Below the pieces are notes generated by a model that saw only the letters and a program-made list of their open reading frames with translations, had not been told where the DNA came from and made no database searches. From Thalia democratica (taxonomy: Eukaryota): a stretch of DNA of 64,000 nt. Location: contig OZ241829.1 in NCBI GenBank assembly GCA_965202585.1, forward strand, positions 72,912,001 to 72,976,000. Direction: 5' to 3'. The translations under genes were made by a program, and so were the position numbers. Position 1 is the first letter of the stretch; each line of letters opens with the position of its first letter. Below, piece by piece: positions 50,280 to 63,350 of this stretch.

Positions 50280-53200
50280 GTTAGTTATGAATTATTAAAA
50301 TAAATACAGTAGCTGATGTCAATTTTGTTTAAATAAGTCTGCAGTCAAAAGTTTGTAAATTTTCCAACAAAAGTTATGTTTCAGCTTTAGGAATCACATT
50401 AGAATCATACTTATGTTCTTTTAATACGATATTGTAAGACTTTTAACTCGGAAAATTTGTGTTTTAATTTATTTTCAGTATTTAATATCAATGTCCCTAC
50501 TGCAGTTAGTCACATTTAAAAAATGAAATAATGTCAAACTTTCTATTTTCTATTTGTGGTGAATAACGACAGTTAAGTTTTCTTAACAAGAAAAATATTT
50601 TCAACTTCATTAAATTTAAATTCAGTGATCCATGAAAACCTATCTAATTTTTACACGTTTACAAACAGTTTCACGTGACGTCAAAAAGTATCATACAGTA
50701 ACTTTCTTTCATAATTTTAGTTTACTGAATTACATTTAATTAAGTTACAAAGAGCAGTTTAGAGTATGGTTTTTTACTTTCACTTCTGAAAATTGTCCTT
50801 GTGGATCTTAAATACAATAAAAATAACTTATATCTAGTTAAATGAGATTGAAGGTTGACTTAATTTGATAACTAAAAAAAGTTATGTACGAATTGTATTT
50901 AAATTTATTTAAAGCTTAATGTTAAAAAGTAAACAAGAACTTAAATTGTGTAACATTTTTTAAAAGTTTAAAACTAACTTCGTTTATTTAATATAAAAAT
51001 ATAACAATGACTACTTTATTTTTAGTTAGCTTTATACTTTCATTGTTGTTAAGCACTTTTTAAGTTTCTAATTTTATTGTCCGTTTTAACGTTTTACCAA
51101 GTTTGAAATAACTCATTCTATATTCACCCATGGTAGAAGTATAAGAAAACCATATTTACCAATCCTTTTAAAAAATATCGCCAATTACTATTTTATTGTC
51201 GTTCAAGAGTTTATATTTTATTTTACTTGTTAAATACTAATTAATTTTTTCTGCAACTCATTAGTTATTGCCTTCTGATAACCAAATCAACTTCAGGTAG
51301 CGATATCACCCACTTTAGAAACTGTAGTACAAAAAAATCCATACATTTAATACTACATATTGTATCAACTTTTTATTGTATTTTGATAAATTTTTATTTA
51401 TTTGTTTCCAGTTTAAGCGATATGACCTTCTTGAGAGAAATTTTAATAAGATTGAAAGGCAAGATCAACCTTTGGTAAAAATTTAATGAGTAACTAACTA
51501 TTAAAAGGTAGATTTTTAATAAATGCTGCTCATAAACATTAATCTTTTGCACATTCAGGTTTTCAGCTTAGAAACATTTTAATTTTTTGAAACATCGTAA
51601 AACAATTTTGTTTGAAGACTTAGACTAAAATGCTTTTATGAAGGCTTTTATCACTATGTCTTAAATACACTAAAATATTGAGAAATAATATCTTGGCTGA
51701 ATTTTCAAAACAATATACTACAGAAATAACAATAAAATGTTTGTATTTGTAGGAAGGTAGAGCTCAAATATGTTATTAAAATACTATTAGCCAAATTTTT
51801 TTAAGGCCTTTTAGAAATCGTGAAACAATTATGACGTCATAAGTGAAAAAAAAATAAAAATTTATCAAAAATACACCCAGTTGGCGATAACTTATAATTT
51901 GAAAATGAACTTGCACATCTTCTGGTGTAAATTTTATACTTTAAGCTTGGTCTGAAGCCCTTAATGTAATAACATATTTGCTATTGGCTACTAACTTTTT
52001 TCTTCCATGTCGCTAGTTCAAGTGAGCAAAAATTTATTTAATTTGTAAAGTCAAGATGCGTAGGCAACACAAAATCATTTAGAATTTATTTTACGGTTTC
52101 CTTACTTAACATTAGACATATAATAATGCTTCACATGGAATAAAAACTTTTTATTAGAATATTTATAGTCTTATATGACAAAATATACAATAAGGTCTAA
52201 TAAGAGTTGAAAAAATAAGAATTACTATATAAACTACTTTAAGATGTTGCTCACCTCATCAAAAGCATCTAAAGGATTGTATAAATTTCAAAATGATTTA
52301 TTCTTACTTGCACCGTACACACAATGCATAACATAAACTGTGACCTTTTAATTAAAAAATAAGATTTTGAATATTATATAATATTAATAATTTACTTTAA
52401 CTGTCTTAGTTATACAACCTCAACATTCCTTTTTTATCAAATAATGTTTAAGTGTAAGAAAAAACATTATTTACTAAAGGTTTTTTAATGAGTGACGTTT
52501 ACCTATTAATAAATATTTTTGGTTAAAAAAAGCCAAAAAATAATGTTAGCTACTATTACATAATATAGAATTCAATACTTTTAAAAGTAGTTTATGTTAA
52601 CCTATCTTACATTTATCTCATATAGCTTTTATAATTTACGTTGACTAAAGCTTTACAAGTAAGCATTTTTGTTGCCATAGACGTTTCAACTTAATTAGTT
52701 TTACGAAATTGTTCTTATTTTTAAAACCTGTGTAATTAGCATGTTACTAATTAACTATTAAAAGTAGTCTTTTGCAAAATAAGCATTAGTGTGCTTTTAA
52801 ATTTGCTACCTTCGAATTTTCAAACTAGAAAAGCATAATATTTTATAAATACCACGATAACACGATAACATTTTTTGTCAAAGATTAGCTGGTTCGAAGA
52901 TATCTTCATAGAAGTATTCATTAATTTACTTTAAAAATATGAAACGATCGAGTAATGACTTATGTGGTAAATTTAAAACAGACTCAAACAAACTGTAAGC
53001 ATGTTCGTCTTAAATGAAACTTAGGAAAATTAAACGTTTTTTATACATACTTTTACATGATGACGTCATATAAAAAGACTTTTTGGACTTTAATATGCTT
53101 AAACCATAAGCATATATATCATTTAGCTGTCTGAAATTATTTAACACTAACTAATATGGGCTCTAATTTGTTTTATCTACAAAATTTAAGTTTGTTTTAA

Positions 53201-56200
53201 GCAAAGATTAAAAGTTACTTTATCTCTTTATTATAAGTTTCAAAACTATATGAAAAAAATTAAATCAATATTGAAAAGCTTAAACATTAGATTTATCCAA
53301 TGATTATTACTCAGGTGAAACTGTTTCACCTAGAAGGGTCTTCAGAGCATTAAGTAACAATGTTAATTTTCTTAATTTTTAGTAACTGATTTTTAGTATC
53401 AGGTTTTTTTTCGTATGAAACAGTGTCAGCCAAGTAAAAATCGTAGAACAATTTTTTTTTATATTTTGTCTCTTAACCATAAGTTTGAAGTTATAACGGT
53501 CGTATAACACAAAAATTTATGTACGAATTTAAACATAAAAGGTTATAGTTTTTTTTAACATTAAATTTTTTAAATCTCAATATCTACTCCAAAAATTGTT
53601 TTTATTTTTATTTTTTCACATTAAGTGTTTTCTGCGTTTATGACATTTTAATGGCATTAAAATAAAAATTTGGTACAAAAATGCTTTAACGCTCCTAAAC
53701 ATGAAAGTTCCTTTAAAGAAAAATAAATGTTAAGGTGTTTTGTTTAATTGTTTTTCTATAAATTAGAGCTGAAAGGTATGTTTCCGACCTTTCTTTGTTT
53801 TACAGTAAAAACACCTCTATTAAACTCAAAGTCAATTATAACTAAAAGTGTAGTCGTCTAAAATACAACAGAGTCAACTTTTCACTAACTTTATCTATAG
53901 TTGTAATAGAAAATGTTTTGTACAACTGTGTTGATTTATTGAACTTTTACTTTTTTTTTTTAAATTTATGACTAAGTATTTTTAGTTACAACGTCGATTT
54001 AAAAATTAAAGCTTTGTCGATCACCATTTATGTCGTTACTTTGATAAGAAAAAATATAAATACTGTATACGGTAGATATACATTTTTTTTATAAGTTAAG
54101 TTGTAGTTTTATTCAAATATAAATTCTTTAGATATGAGTACTGTGTAGTAACTTAAAACAATATTTTTTGATAATAATATACCATCCGTAGAATAATAGT
54201 GTCAGTTTTTACTTTCCAAACCATAAATAACTATTTCTAAATTTATAAAGTATTAACAAAAATGTGTTCAATATTTTATTGTGTATTTATATATTCGAAA
54301 AATGAATAAGAAACGTTACACTTTCTAGAAACTTTCTAATATTTACATAATGTTTACTACCTTATTAAAACTATTCAAAGCTATTAACAGTTAATTTTAA
54401 CAGATAAATCATTGCAAAACATATTCTCATCATCAGAACCAGACGAACAATCGGAACCAGCTGCAGAATCACCGCGCAAATCGTCATACTATTGTCAAGA
54501 TAAATGCTCAAAAAGAACGTGACGTCACTGAAATACGAGTTTAATACGTCATATATATAATTAAGTTAGTTATGTTTTACATTGATTTTAACTACCTGTT
54601 ATTATATTGTTTCTTTGAAGCCTTTTCATTTGTTGATAAATGGTATTCTGTTGCATGGGTAACAACTGGAATATCGGTTTTATTCCTGAGATTTGTGCGT
54701 TAAAAGGTCACTCCAGCCTTATAAGTCTTTCGCTAAGACACATAACTGATTAAAACAGTTACCAGATAAAAGTTTAATTTAATTTGGCGAAAGGTATTGT
54801 GCCAGGGGCATTATTTAGTCACTAGGAGCAGTTTTTGATTCCACTGGACAACCACTGCCTGCCTTAGGCTCGGCTTAGCCTTAGCAGTGGTTTTTTTCTA
54901 TTACTTCTATTACCTTTGCCATTGAGAGAATAGGGATAGCTGTATTAGTAAAAATGGAACTCAGAATAAGTCACCTGACATAAAAAAGAGAAAAGACACA
55001 TAATATTAATTAGGTAAGCTGGAATGTCCATACCATAACTACTGGTAAGAACACTAAAAAATAACTAATGCAAAAATAATGGTTAAAAAATGTAAGGAGA
55101 AGATGGAGTTTTAGTAAAACAGTCTTTTTTGTTTCGTTTTCGGTATTAGCATTTCATAAGGAGTATATTAAACACACCATTTTGATTACTTATATCTCAA
55201 AAATTACTCTTCTTTTTTTATGATAAAAATGTCAGATAGCTCAGATAAAACAATATTTGATTAAATTGTAAAAATCATGGTAGAACTCGCCCCATCCCCC
55301 TTAAATACTAAAAGTAAATCTTTAAAAGTTGTTGCAATTTATTTTTTAACAACTATGACGTAATAAGGGGAAACACCTAAAATTCAACTATTGGAAAATA
55401 TCGTTGGCAAAAATAGTGCGAAACTGGCAAATCATCTTCTGATGAAAACGAGATTTGAATTTGGTTTGAAGGTCTCAATGTAATAGAATATTTTCTTTTT
55501 AGCTATTAAATTTAATTTTTTATTTAAAAGTTGCTAGCCTACTTTGAGAAAAAAAATTATTTAAGGCGTAAAATTATTATCTTACGGTTTAATAAAAGTT
55601 AGATAGCTTTCAAAAATATACTTCAACAAACTAATAAGAAGAAGCGACAGAATCAAAATATTTAGAAAACGTGCAAACGTGCAGGTCAAGTAGCATGAAA
55701 CTAAAGCAGGCCAGCTAAGAGGTGAAGATAGAAAGTAAGTTGCACAACTTAGCTGGCGCGCGCAAAGAAACAAATCAGTAGGCTACACTAGCTGGTGAAG
55801 AAACTAAGATATTTTACCGAAAACAAGCTAAAAAGCTAACAACTCAAGACAAAAGCTTAAATTAGGGTATTTTTCAAAATAGTTAATTGTTTGCACCCCA
55901 TCACAAATACACTACGCATCACCACTAGCTATTAGTGAAGTTTTTCAATTTATTTATAGCCTACTTAAAATTATATTAAACTTGTTAATAAGCTTAAAAA
56001 AAAAGGAAAACCAGCCTTAAAATTAGAAACATTTGTTGACTTATAAAGTTTGCTTTTTGTGTTGGTATTTCTTTGTACGTTATCGTAGTTTGTGTGTCCA
56101 CCAAGTTTTAAAATAATTTAGGCTATGGTCTGTTTTTAGATATAAGTTTTGTTTTTTTACTTGTTTTAAAATATAGACAACTACATTTTGATAGCCATAT

Positions 56201-56811
56201 AATTTTTTTCTTTATTTATTCCTACACAAATATAAATTTTTATTTGGTCTGCAATCCCATATAACCAAAAAGAATCAAACTATTATCTTTGAAAAACCTC
56301 TCAAGCTGACGAGGTAAAAAGATTTTATGACGTCACTAACATGCTTTAAATAGCAACTGGTTTCGGGTTAAGTCCTTAACTTTTAGATTCGACAAGAATT
56401 GTTACCATAATAAACTTTCTTATTTATACATACTTAGCTATTCGTTTATCTAAGTATAAACAAGGCTTTACATAGTATCAATATATCTAGCTATTTAAAA
56501 AATAATTGATTTATAAGTATTAAGAGTGTAATATGTAATCTGTCACGCAAATTTTACAAAGTCAATAGTTTCAATTAAAAGCAATAAAAAAAACTATACT
56601 TAAATGAAATTCAAGTATTTAATTTAGCACTCAGTATTTATTAAATTTTAGTTTAAACAAAGTTTTCAAATATATTTGCTTTTCAAAACCTTAATTTTTT
56701 TTTTGTATAAAACAGTCTACTTAACTTTCAATTGTAACTGAATCTTTTTTAGTGTAAAACTCAACAAACGAATGTGAAAAATCATCAAATAAAATAAATT
56801 GTATTGTACAG

Positions 56812-56899
56812 CCTAGTTGGAAGGTCATTAACAATGAAGTTGGAAAACTTTAAATAACAGTAGTGGAATTTCTTTGATATCAGAGTCTTTACAGTTCTG
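56812..56899 (+). other. Exon-like cassette (88 nt, diverged)
   Basis: TATTGTACAG|CCTAGT...CAGTTCTG|GTTAGT. Confidence 0.45.
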
Positions 56900-59159
56900 G
56901 TTAGTTATTACTTCTCCCTGATATATTATTACAATTTTTATATTGTTATAGATAATACAATAGATAATTATACATATATATAATAGATTTTGTATTGTAA
57001 ATAAAAGTATTAATTATATTTCAGAATAATAGCTCTTGTTTACTTATCTAAATTTTATTCAACAAAAAATTGTACTTTTAGCTTTTCATGAACGACAATA
57101 TATTCTAACCAATAAACAAACTAAATATATTTACTAATATTTCATGAGTGACTATAACGTAGATAAGGTTTTAATTTAAAGAGTCAAATATTAGTGTTGA
57201 ATATTATAGTATGATTGAATATAGTACTTTAACAAATACTCTATGCTAACCTGTTTTAGATTTTTCTCATATAACTTAGCTTATGTTGATAAAAGCTTTA
57301 TAAGTAAAGCATTTTTGTTGCTACAATCATTTAAGCTAAATGACTTATGATAAATTAAAATTATTTCTAAATGCTATATTCTTAGAATGATTTAATACAG
57401 TACGATTTAGAAGTAATACAGTACGATCATTTAAAATAGTTTGAAAAAGATTTTTTTACTTTAACTTTGCTTTAATCTTTACTAAAGCGCCCTTAAACAT
57501 GAAAGTTCTTTTAAGCATAAATTAGTATTAATGTGTTTTGTTCAAATATTTTTTAAAAAATTACAACTTTATGGTATACTTCCGGTCGTTTTAAGTTTCT
57601 TTTATTAGAAACACCTCTAACAAACTTTAAGTGCTTGTTTTTATTTGAACCCTGACCGTAAAGGCTTACTTGTGTTAAAATTAAAAATTTGGCAATGAAT
57701 TTAATTGTAGCTGATATTTAAAACATCAGCAACTTGATCACCATTTATACAAACAAATAGCTATAATATATCAAGAAACAACTTTTTAGTCCGTCGTTTC
57801 AACAAAAATTAACAAATATAGTTTGAATTATTTTTACAAAATAGGAAAACAGTATAAAACGTTTAAAACAACAAAGCAATAAAATTTATACTGAATTGTT
57901 GCTTGAAAATTCCCCGAAATTTAAAATTAAAACAGTAAAAAAATTTAAAAATAGTAAGTAATAAAAAAATGGGTAGATTTTTAAAATACAAGAGAGTCAC
58001 TTTTTCATTAATTTTATTTATGCTTTTAATAAAATAATTTTTGTACAACTATGTTTATTTACTTGTACTTGATTAAAATTTTAAATTGTTTATTTTAAAT
58101 AAATTACTATCTTTGTTTAATTACAAATTAGTTTTAAAAGTTAAAGTTTGTATAAAATTTATGCTTTGTTGATCAACATTTTTGTCGTTAATTTGATAAA
58201 AAAAATATTTATTTTATTGTATACGGTAGATATACATATTTTTTATAAACTAAGTTGTAGTTTTATTCAGTACTAAATTATTTAGAAATGAGTACTGTGT
58301 AGTAACTTAAAAAATTTTTTTTGATAATCATATATCATCCATATTATTTTAGTGTAGTTTTTACCTTCCTAACCAAAGTTAGTTATTTATAAATTAACAT
58401 AAATTTTAAGAAAAATATGCTCAACTTTTCGTTTTATATAAATATGTTTTAATAATGAACTGTGAATCACTGATACGCAAGAAACGTCTCTTAAATAGTT
58501 TCGTTATAGTTAATATCACTAATTATTACGTCACCGTGACATCCCTTAAACGCACGTATTTACATTATGAATTAATATGATCTTGCGGTGCTAAGCTTGG
58601 AATTTTTGCAGTAATCATGCGCTACTTTACATAACTTACAACTTTCAAGCTAAAGTTTGACGATCTGCTTTCTGCAGTGAAAACAAAAGTCATCAGCTTT
58701 TGTTATTGCTTAAATTATGTTATTGTATTCGCAGTATGAGTCATTACCAAAGTTCGCACTAAAAATTTGTAAGCAGGGTTTGTAGTATCACTTAATCAAA
58801 AATAAAAAAAAAATAAATAAAACTTATGAAACATTTGAGTATTTACTTCTTTCAATAGTTAACAGAACAGAACTGTCCCATTTAATAATATATAATTTTT
58901 CTATAACAAAAAATGAGTTTTTTACTGTATGCTGAATAACAAAATTTTCAAATTCAAAAGTTCAAATTACCAATTTATATTTTATTTAATACCGTTTTCT
59001 ACAACCGTTTGCTGTTCAAATTAAACATTTTTGATCTAAGTAATAAAAATGAGTTTAATTTATTAATTGTCATTTATTTATTTTTTATACTAGTTGCGAC
59101 ACTAGTGAAAGGTAAAAAAATCTCTCAAACACCTACACAACTTTGATTTATCTCAATAT

Positions 59160-59303
59160 ATGACGTCACCGAGACTCGCACAAACGCTTGCATTCACAAC
59201 ACAAACTCTAATCAGAGTGTCGGCGTGTAAGTTGAGTTAAATCTTATTTCATCATCTCTAGACTTTAAGTGCGTTTGAAAGTCGTTGCAAACACGACTAT
59301 AAA
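59160..59303 (+). promoter_or_regulatory. Diverged promoter-like block, unit 6
   Basis: TGACGTCA at 59161; GTCGT-7nt-ACGAC-TATAAA at 59281-59303. Confidence 0.4.
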
Positions 59304-62300
59304 TTCGAAACTAAAAGTAACTAACTGCTTCTAGCTGCAAAGCCAAAAACGGTTTGTTACATTACGTAATTTTTTCACTTGTTTTAGTTATTTTGAAGCC
59401 AATTTTTGAAATCTAACTTTAATGAGTTATTAATCGAAGACTATCGACGTAAGCTTTACATTTATCTATAATTGTTATTGAAAAACATATGATTATTATT
59501 ATTATTGATTATAGTTAGGCATTCATATGACTAACTTATTTTTAATTTCAAACTGTTTAATATCAATATCTTTTTTGCTTTGTGTTATTTTTTTTTTGTA
59601 TATCTTAACGTTTTCAGACTTCTATTGTTAAGTATTCTTATTTCAAAACACGATCAAATATTTTACTTTAAGCGTTGACTTTGTTTTTTTAACTCTTTGA
59701 ATAAGGTTTAATAGTAGTGAATTTTATTTTTAATTCATTTTAAACAAGTATAAACAAGTATGAAAAATGAGCTAAAACCTAAATGAAATATTTCATTGTT
59801 TGTGCTTAATGTTTTGTTTACTATTACTTAAAAAAAGTAATTTTAAAGGCTTAATACGGGCAAAAATATCTGTCTCGCGACGAATGTTATAAATTTAAAG
59901 CCAAAATATTTTTCATATTAATATATGATTATTACAAGAAAAAAGTGTAATCTTAATATAAGTTCTTTTGTTTATTTTTAAAAAGCTTATAAAAGATACT
60001 GTATACAATAAACAAAATGTATTTCACGCTCTTTTCATCAGTGGGACGTAGCAAAAATGAAAGACAATTTTCATTTTATATGGTAATAGTTGTAATAAAT
60101 CTTATTCACATACAAAGTTAATTACACAAAAAATTAACTAAAGTTAATTAAAAACTAAAACACCAAAACAAAGCATCAAGTAAATAAAGCAACACTATAA
60201 CCAAACTATTTTTGCAAACAAGCTTTTACACTTAAAATACTGATTGCCTCCATTTACATTAGTTTAAAAATATTAAAAAAGTCTTTCATTACTTTAATGT
60301 TTTTTGATTTGTTTTTTTTTTGTGTTGTCTAAATAAAACTACTTTGTCTTTATTTTGACTATAAACTCTAATTTTATCAGTAGCTGATCATTTTACTGCA
60401 TGATTTTTACCGCATTAAACATTTTTATTCTTGGATGGCTTCAGGAAACTTGTCAACATAAGATTTAAAAATTACAATCAGTATTACAGCCATTTGCACC
60501 TGAGTTTTTAAATAGAACACCGAATATATTTATAAAGTCTTTGAAATATATTAAAAAATAAAAAATAATTAAATTAAAAAATAAATAAAAATAAAACGGT
60601 TAAATTAAAAAATAAAAACTGTTATAGTTATAACCCCATTATAAAATTTAAGACGTCAGTTCATTTCCTCTAAACTAAAAAGATGTATATTATCTATAAT
60701 AATCTTTAATTGACTTATTTTAATAAGGTATTAAAGTAATATACTTTGTTAAAAGTCATTATAAGCGACATTATCTATATAAGTAAGTATAAAAATTGAT
60801 AACTCTAAATTAATTGTGAAAATGTAGTTTTAAATGTTTTGTGATGCTTAATATTAGAACAGTAGCAATAGTTTTATTTATTTTCTTTCAACATTGAATT
60901 CTAATATATAATAAGTATAATATATAATTTAATGTCTATAAGTGTTAAAATAATAAAAGGTTTAAAATATAATAAACAAATAATTATAGATATATAACGT
61001 AATAGAGATATAATATAGATATATATAATTTTACTACTATAAAAAATAAGATTTTTAAGAATCTGTCAAACAATTATCTCTTACTTATACTGACTAACTG
61101 GATGCAAGATGAAAAAAATTTGTTTCCTACGATTAGAAAATTTTCGAAAAAAAGTTCTAAAAGTTTGCTGAGACAGAATATTTTAAATTTTTCAATATAG
61201 TTTTATATAATGTTTTTGCTAAGCAAGTATTTACTACTTTGAAAGTAAGTTTGAAAGAAACCAATGGCGTCACAAACAAAAACAGTAATTTCGTTAAAGA
61301 CCTAAATATGACGTCACACAAATAAACTATGACGTCAGATAGAACTTTTTCTGCACTGACATCTTGGTTAGTGTACCATATTAAACTACATATATAAATG
61401 TTTTTGAACTCTTTGTGTATTCACCAACAGAGAAAGTGCAATTTAACTAAGGTGTATTCGTTGACGGTACACTCACAATTCAAACTCGATCAATTCCACC
61501 TTTTTATTATTATTTTGATGATTTTATGATTATATTGAAACAGCACATATCCAAAGAATCTTTGTTATATTTTACTTATTGCTGCGTGCAATTTATATTT
61601 ACTTATATTTATGCGCTATTCGTTGTTTTTTAACGTTTATTGTCGATAACTGTTTTGCGTTGTATTATGTTTTTCTTCTACTTTCTTAAACATTTCTACA
61701 ATATTAGGCTTCAAACGCGTTTTGATTTCAATATAAAATAGTTTTTTGCTTTTACTTTTTGTGCAAACTCGTGTATAAATAAGCTTAAAGTTTTTTATTT
61801 ATTTTTAAACATGTATGTTGTTTTTGTAGTATTTTTAAACAAGTACATACAAGTATGATCCACGAGAAAATACCTTGATATTTTTTTGTTTGTTTGAGCA
61901 CAATACATTTTTTAATCTTAATTTAAATAGAGCTAAACAATTATAAGGACTTTACGCTGAGCAACGAATGGTCATGTTGTAGAAATATCTTACCTTAAAC
62001 TTGAAAACTTTTATCTTCAAAACACCTTAAAAAATTAGTATAAAAGTATTAACTTACTTAACAAAAAATTAGTACGTAGTAGAGCTTAATAAGTGATTGC
62101 TTTAGTTTTATTTGTAAATTAAAAAAAAATTGTTTACACTTTATATGTTTTAAGTTAAGCGGCCTGTAAAGCCTATTTTTAACGACTACGCTCAGCGAAT
62201 AACTTTTTTTTTTGCCATCTACACAAGTTTTCAGCTATAAACTTAATCTATAAAAGTTAATGTTTTTATTTGTTTTTAGACTGAATGTGCTGCTTTTGTC

Positions 62301-63350
62301 GTAATTGTTTTAATTGATACTTATATTTTAGTATGAAAATAAATAATTTATTGATTCATCATACAACTATTATGTATAGTTTATTCAATGTTGAAGTGAA
62401 AATAAACGACCTATGATAAAAAATAACTAGTTAAATATATTAAAAATAATTAGCATTTAAAATAGTCTCTAGTTAAAATGGTGTTTTTTTTCAGATTAGC
62501 AGAATGCAACTATTATCAGAATTATAGAAAGATCTCATACTTCACAGTAAGAGTACCCAACAGTTAGTTGTCTATTTAATATGGCTGTAAAAACATTTGT
62601 ATTGAAATCTATAATTTCTGTGTTTGTAGCTAAACTTTTAGTTTGTTGTTTGTTGTTTAATTTTTGATAAAGTATAAAAGTTTATATAAATAGATATATA
62701 TTACGATGTAATGATAAAAATAGATCAAAAATTTTATTTCATTTATTTTTAAACTTTTAGTGTAGATTTCTTATCTACTCACAAACTTTTTCTTTGTGCT
62801 CCTAATTGTTGACTCCAGAATGAAAGTGTGAGTTTCAAAGTTAGTTTTATGCACCGCAACATCAATTTTGTGTTCTTTAGAATGCTTTTTTTACTCTTAC
62901 ATATTTCCAACAGAAACTTTCTTTTCTTTTATCTATTGTTAATTATTTTTTTACATGTTTTTTTGTTCCTCTTAATTATACTATCACTTTTACCCATAAT
63001 TCATACCCTTTGTCGTAAGTTTTTTTGATAAACAATTTTTTTCTTAATATTTTTTTAACTTGTGTGGGAATCGATTTCGAGTAAAATTGTACGGGTGGGA
63101 ATTGTGCGCAGGCTAGAACTGAGCAAGTCTCTTTTTACCCTTAACATTTGCCAAAATTAGCAACCAACTGTTTCAACAAAATCAAATTTGGTTTTTCTAA
63201 CTAAGATTCATTGGGATCCAAGTTAAATCCTTTTTTTAATTTGAACAAACACGCATACAATTCTGTTTTTAAAATGACTTTTGGCCGGATTCTAGATCCT
63301 GTAAATCACTAACCAAAACCTGATAAGTTTTATCAGCCCGCATAAATTAC
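59160..63350 (+). repeat. Array unit 6 (strongly diverged, ~4.1 kb)
   Basis: GTCGTTGCAAACACGACTATAAA at 59281-59303, relic GCTGCAAAGCC after it, TTG|GTTAGT at 61366, next GTCGT/ACGAC-TATAAG at 63359. Confidence 0.5.

Larger units (their letters stand above)
49398..59159 (+). repeat. Array unit 5 (~9.7 kb, diverged 3' part with internal duplication ~51800-54300 vs ~55340-58450)
   Basis: Spacing 9736; shared block TGTATACGGTAGATATACAT...ATGAGTACTGTGTAGTAACTTAAAA at ~54065 and ~58220. Confidence 0.8.

Noticed and set aside
59696-59707. TTTGAATAAG|GT, resembling the 3' end of the Ciona spliced leader
   Set aside because: A single 10-nt AT-rich match with no full leader, no convincing Sm site and no tandem copies; expected by chance.
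803-63028. The short 60-89 aa ORFs in the supplied track
   Set aside because: They are F/L/I/K/N-rich translations of AT-rich DNA, many with non-ATG starts, and frames are not kept between paralogous units. Only the core of 10755-11024 is retained as a candidate exon.
21542-63350. CRISPR-like or prokaryotic defence array
   Set aside because: Repeats are kilobase-scale and diverged. There is no short identical repeat with unique spacers, no cas genes, and the DNA is spliced eukaryotic sequence.
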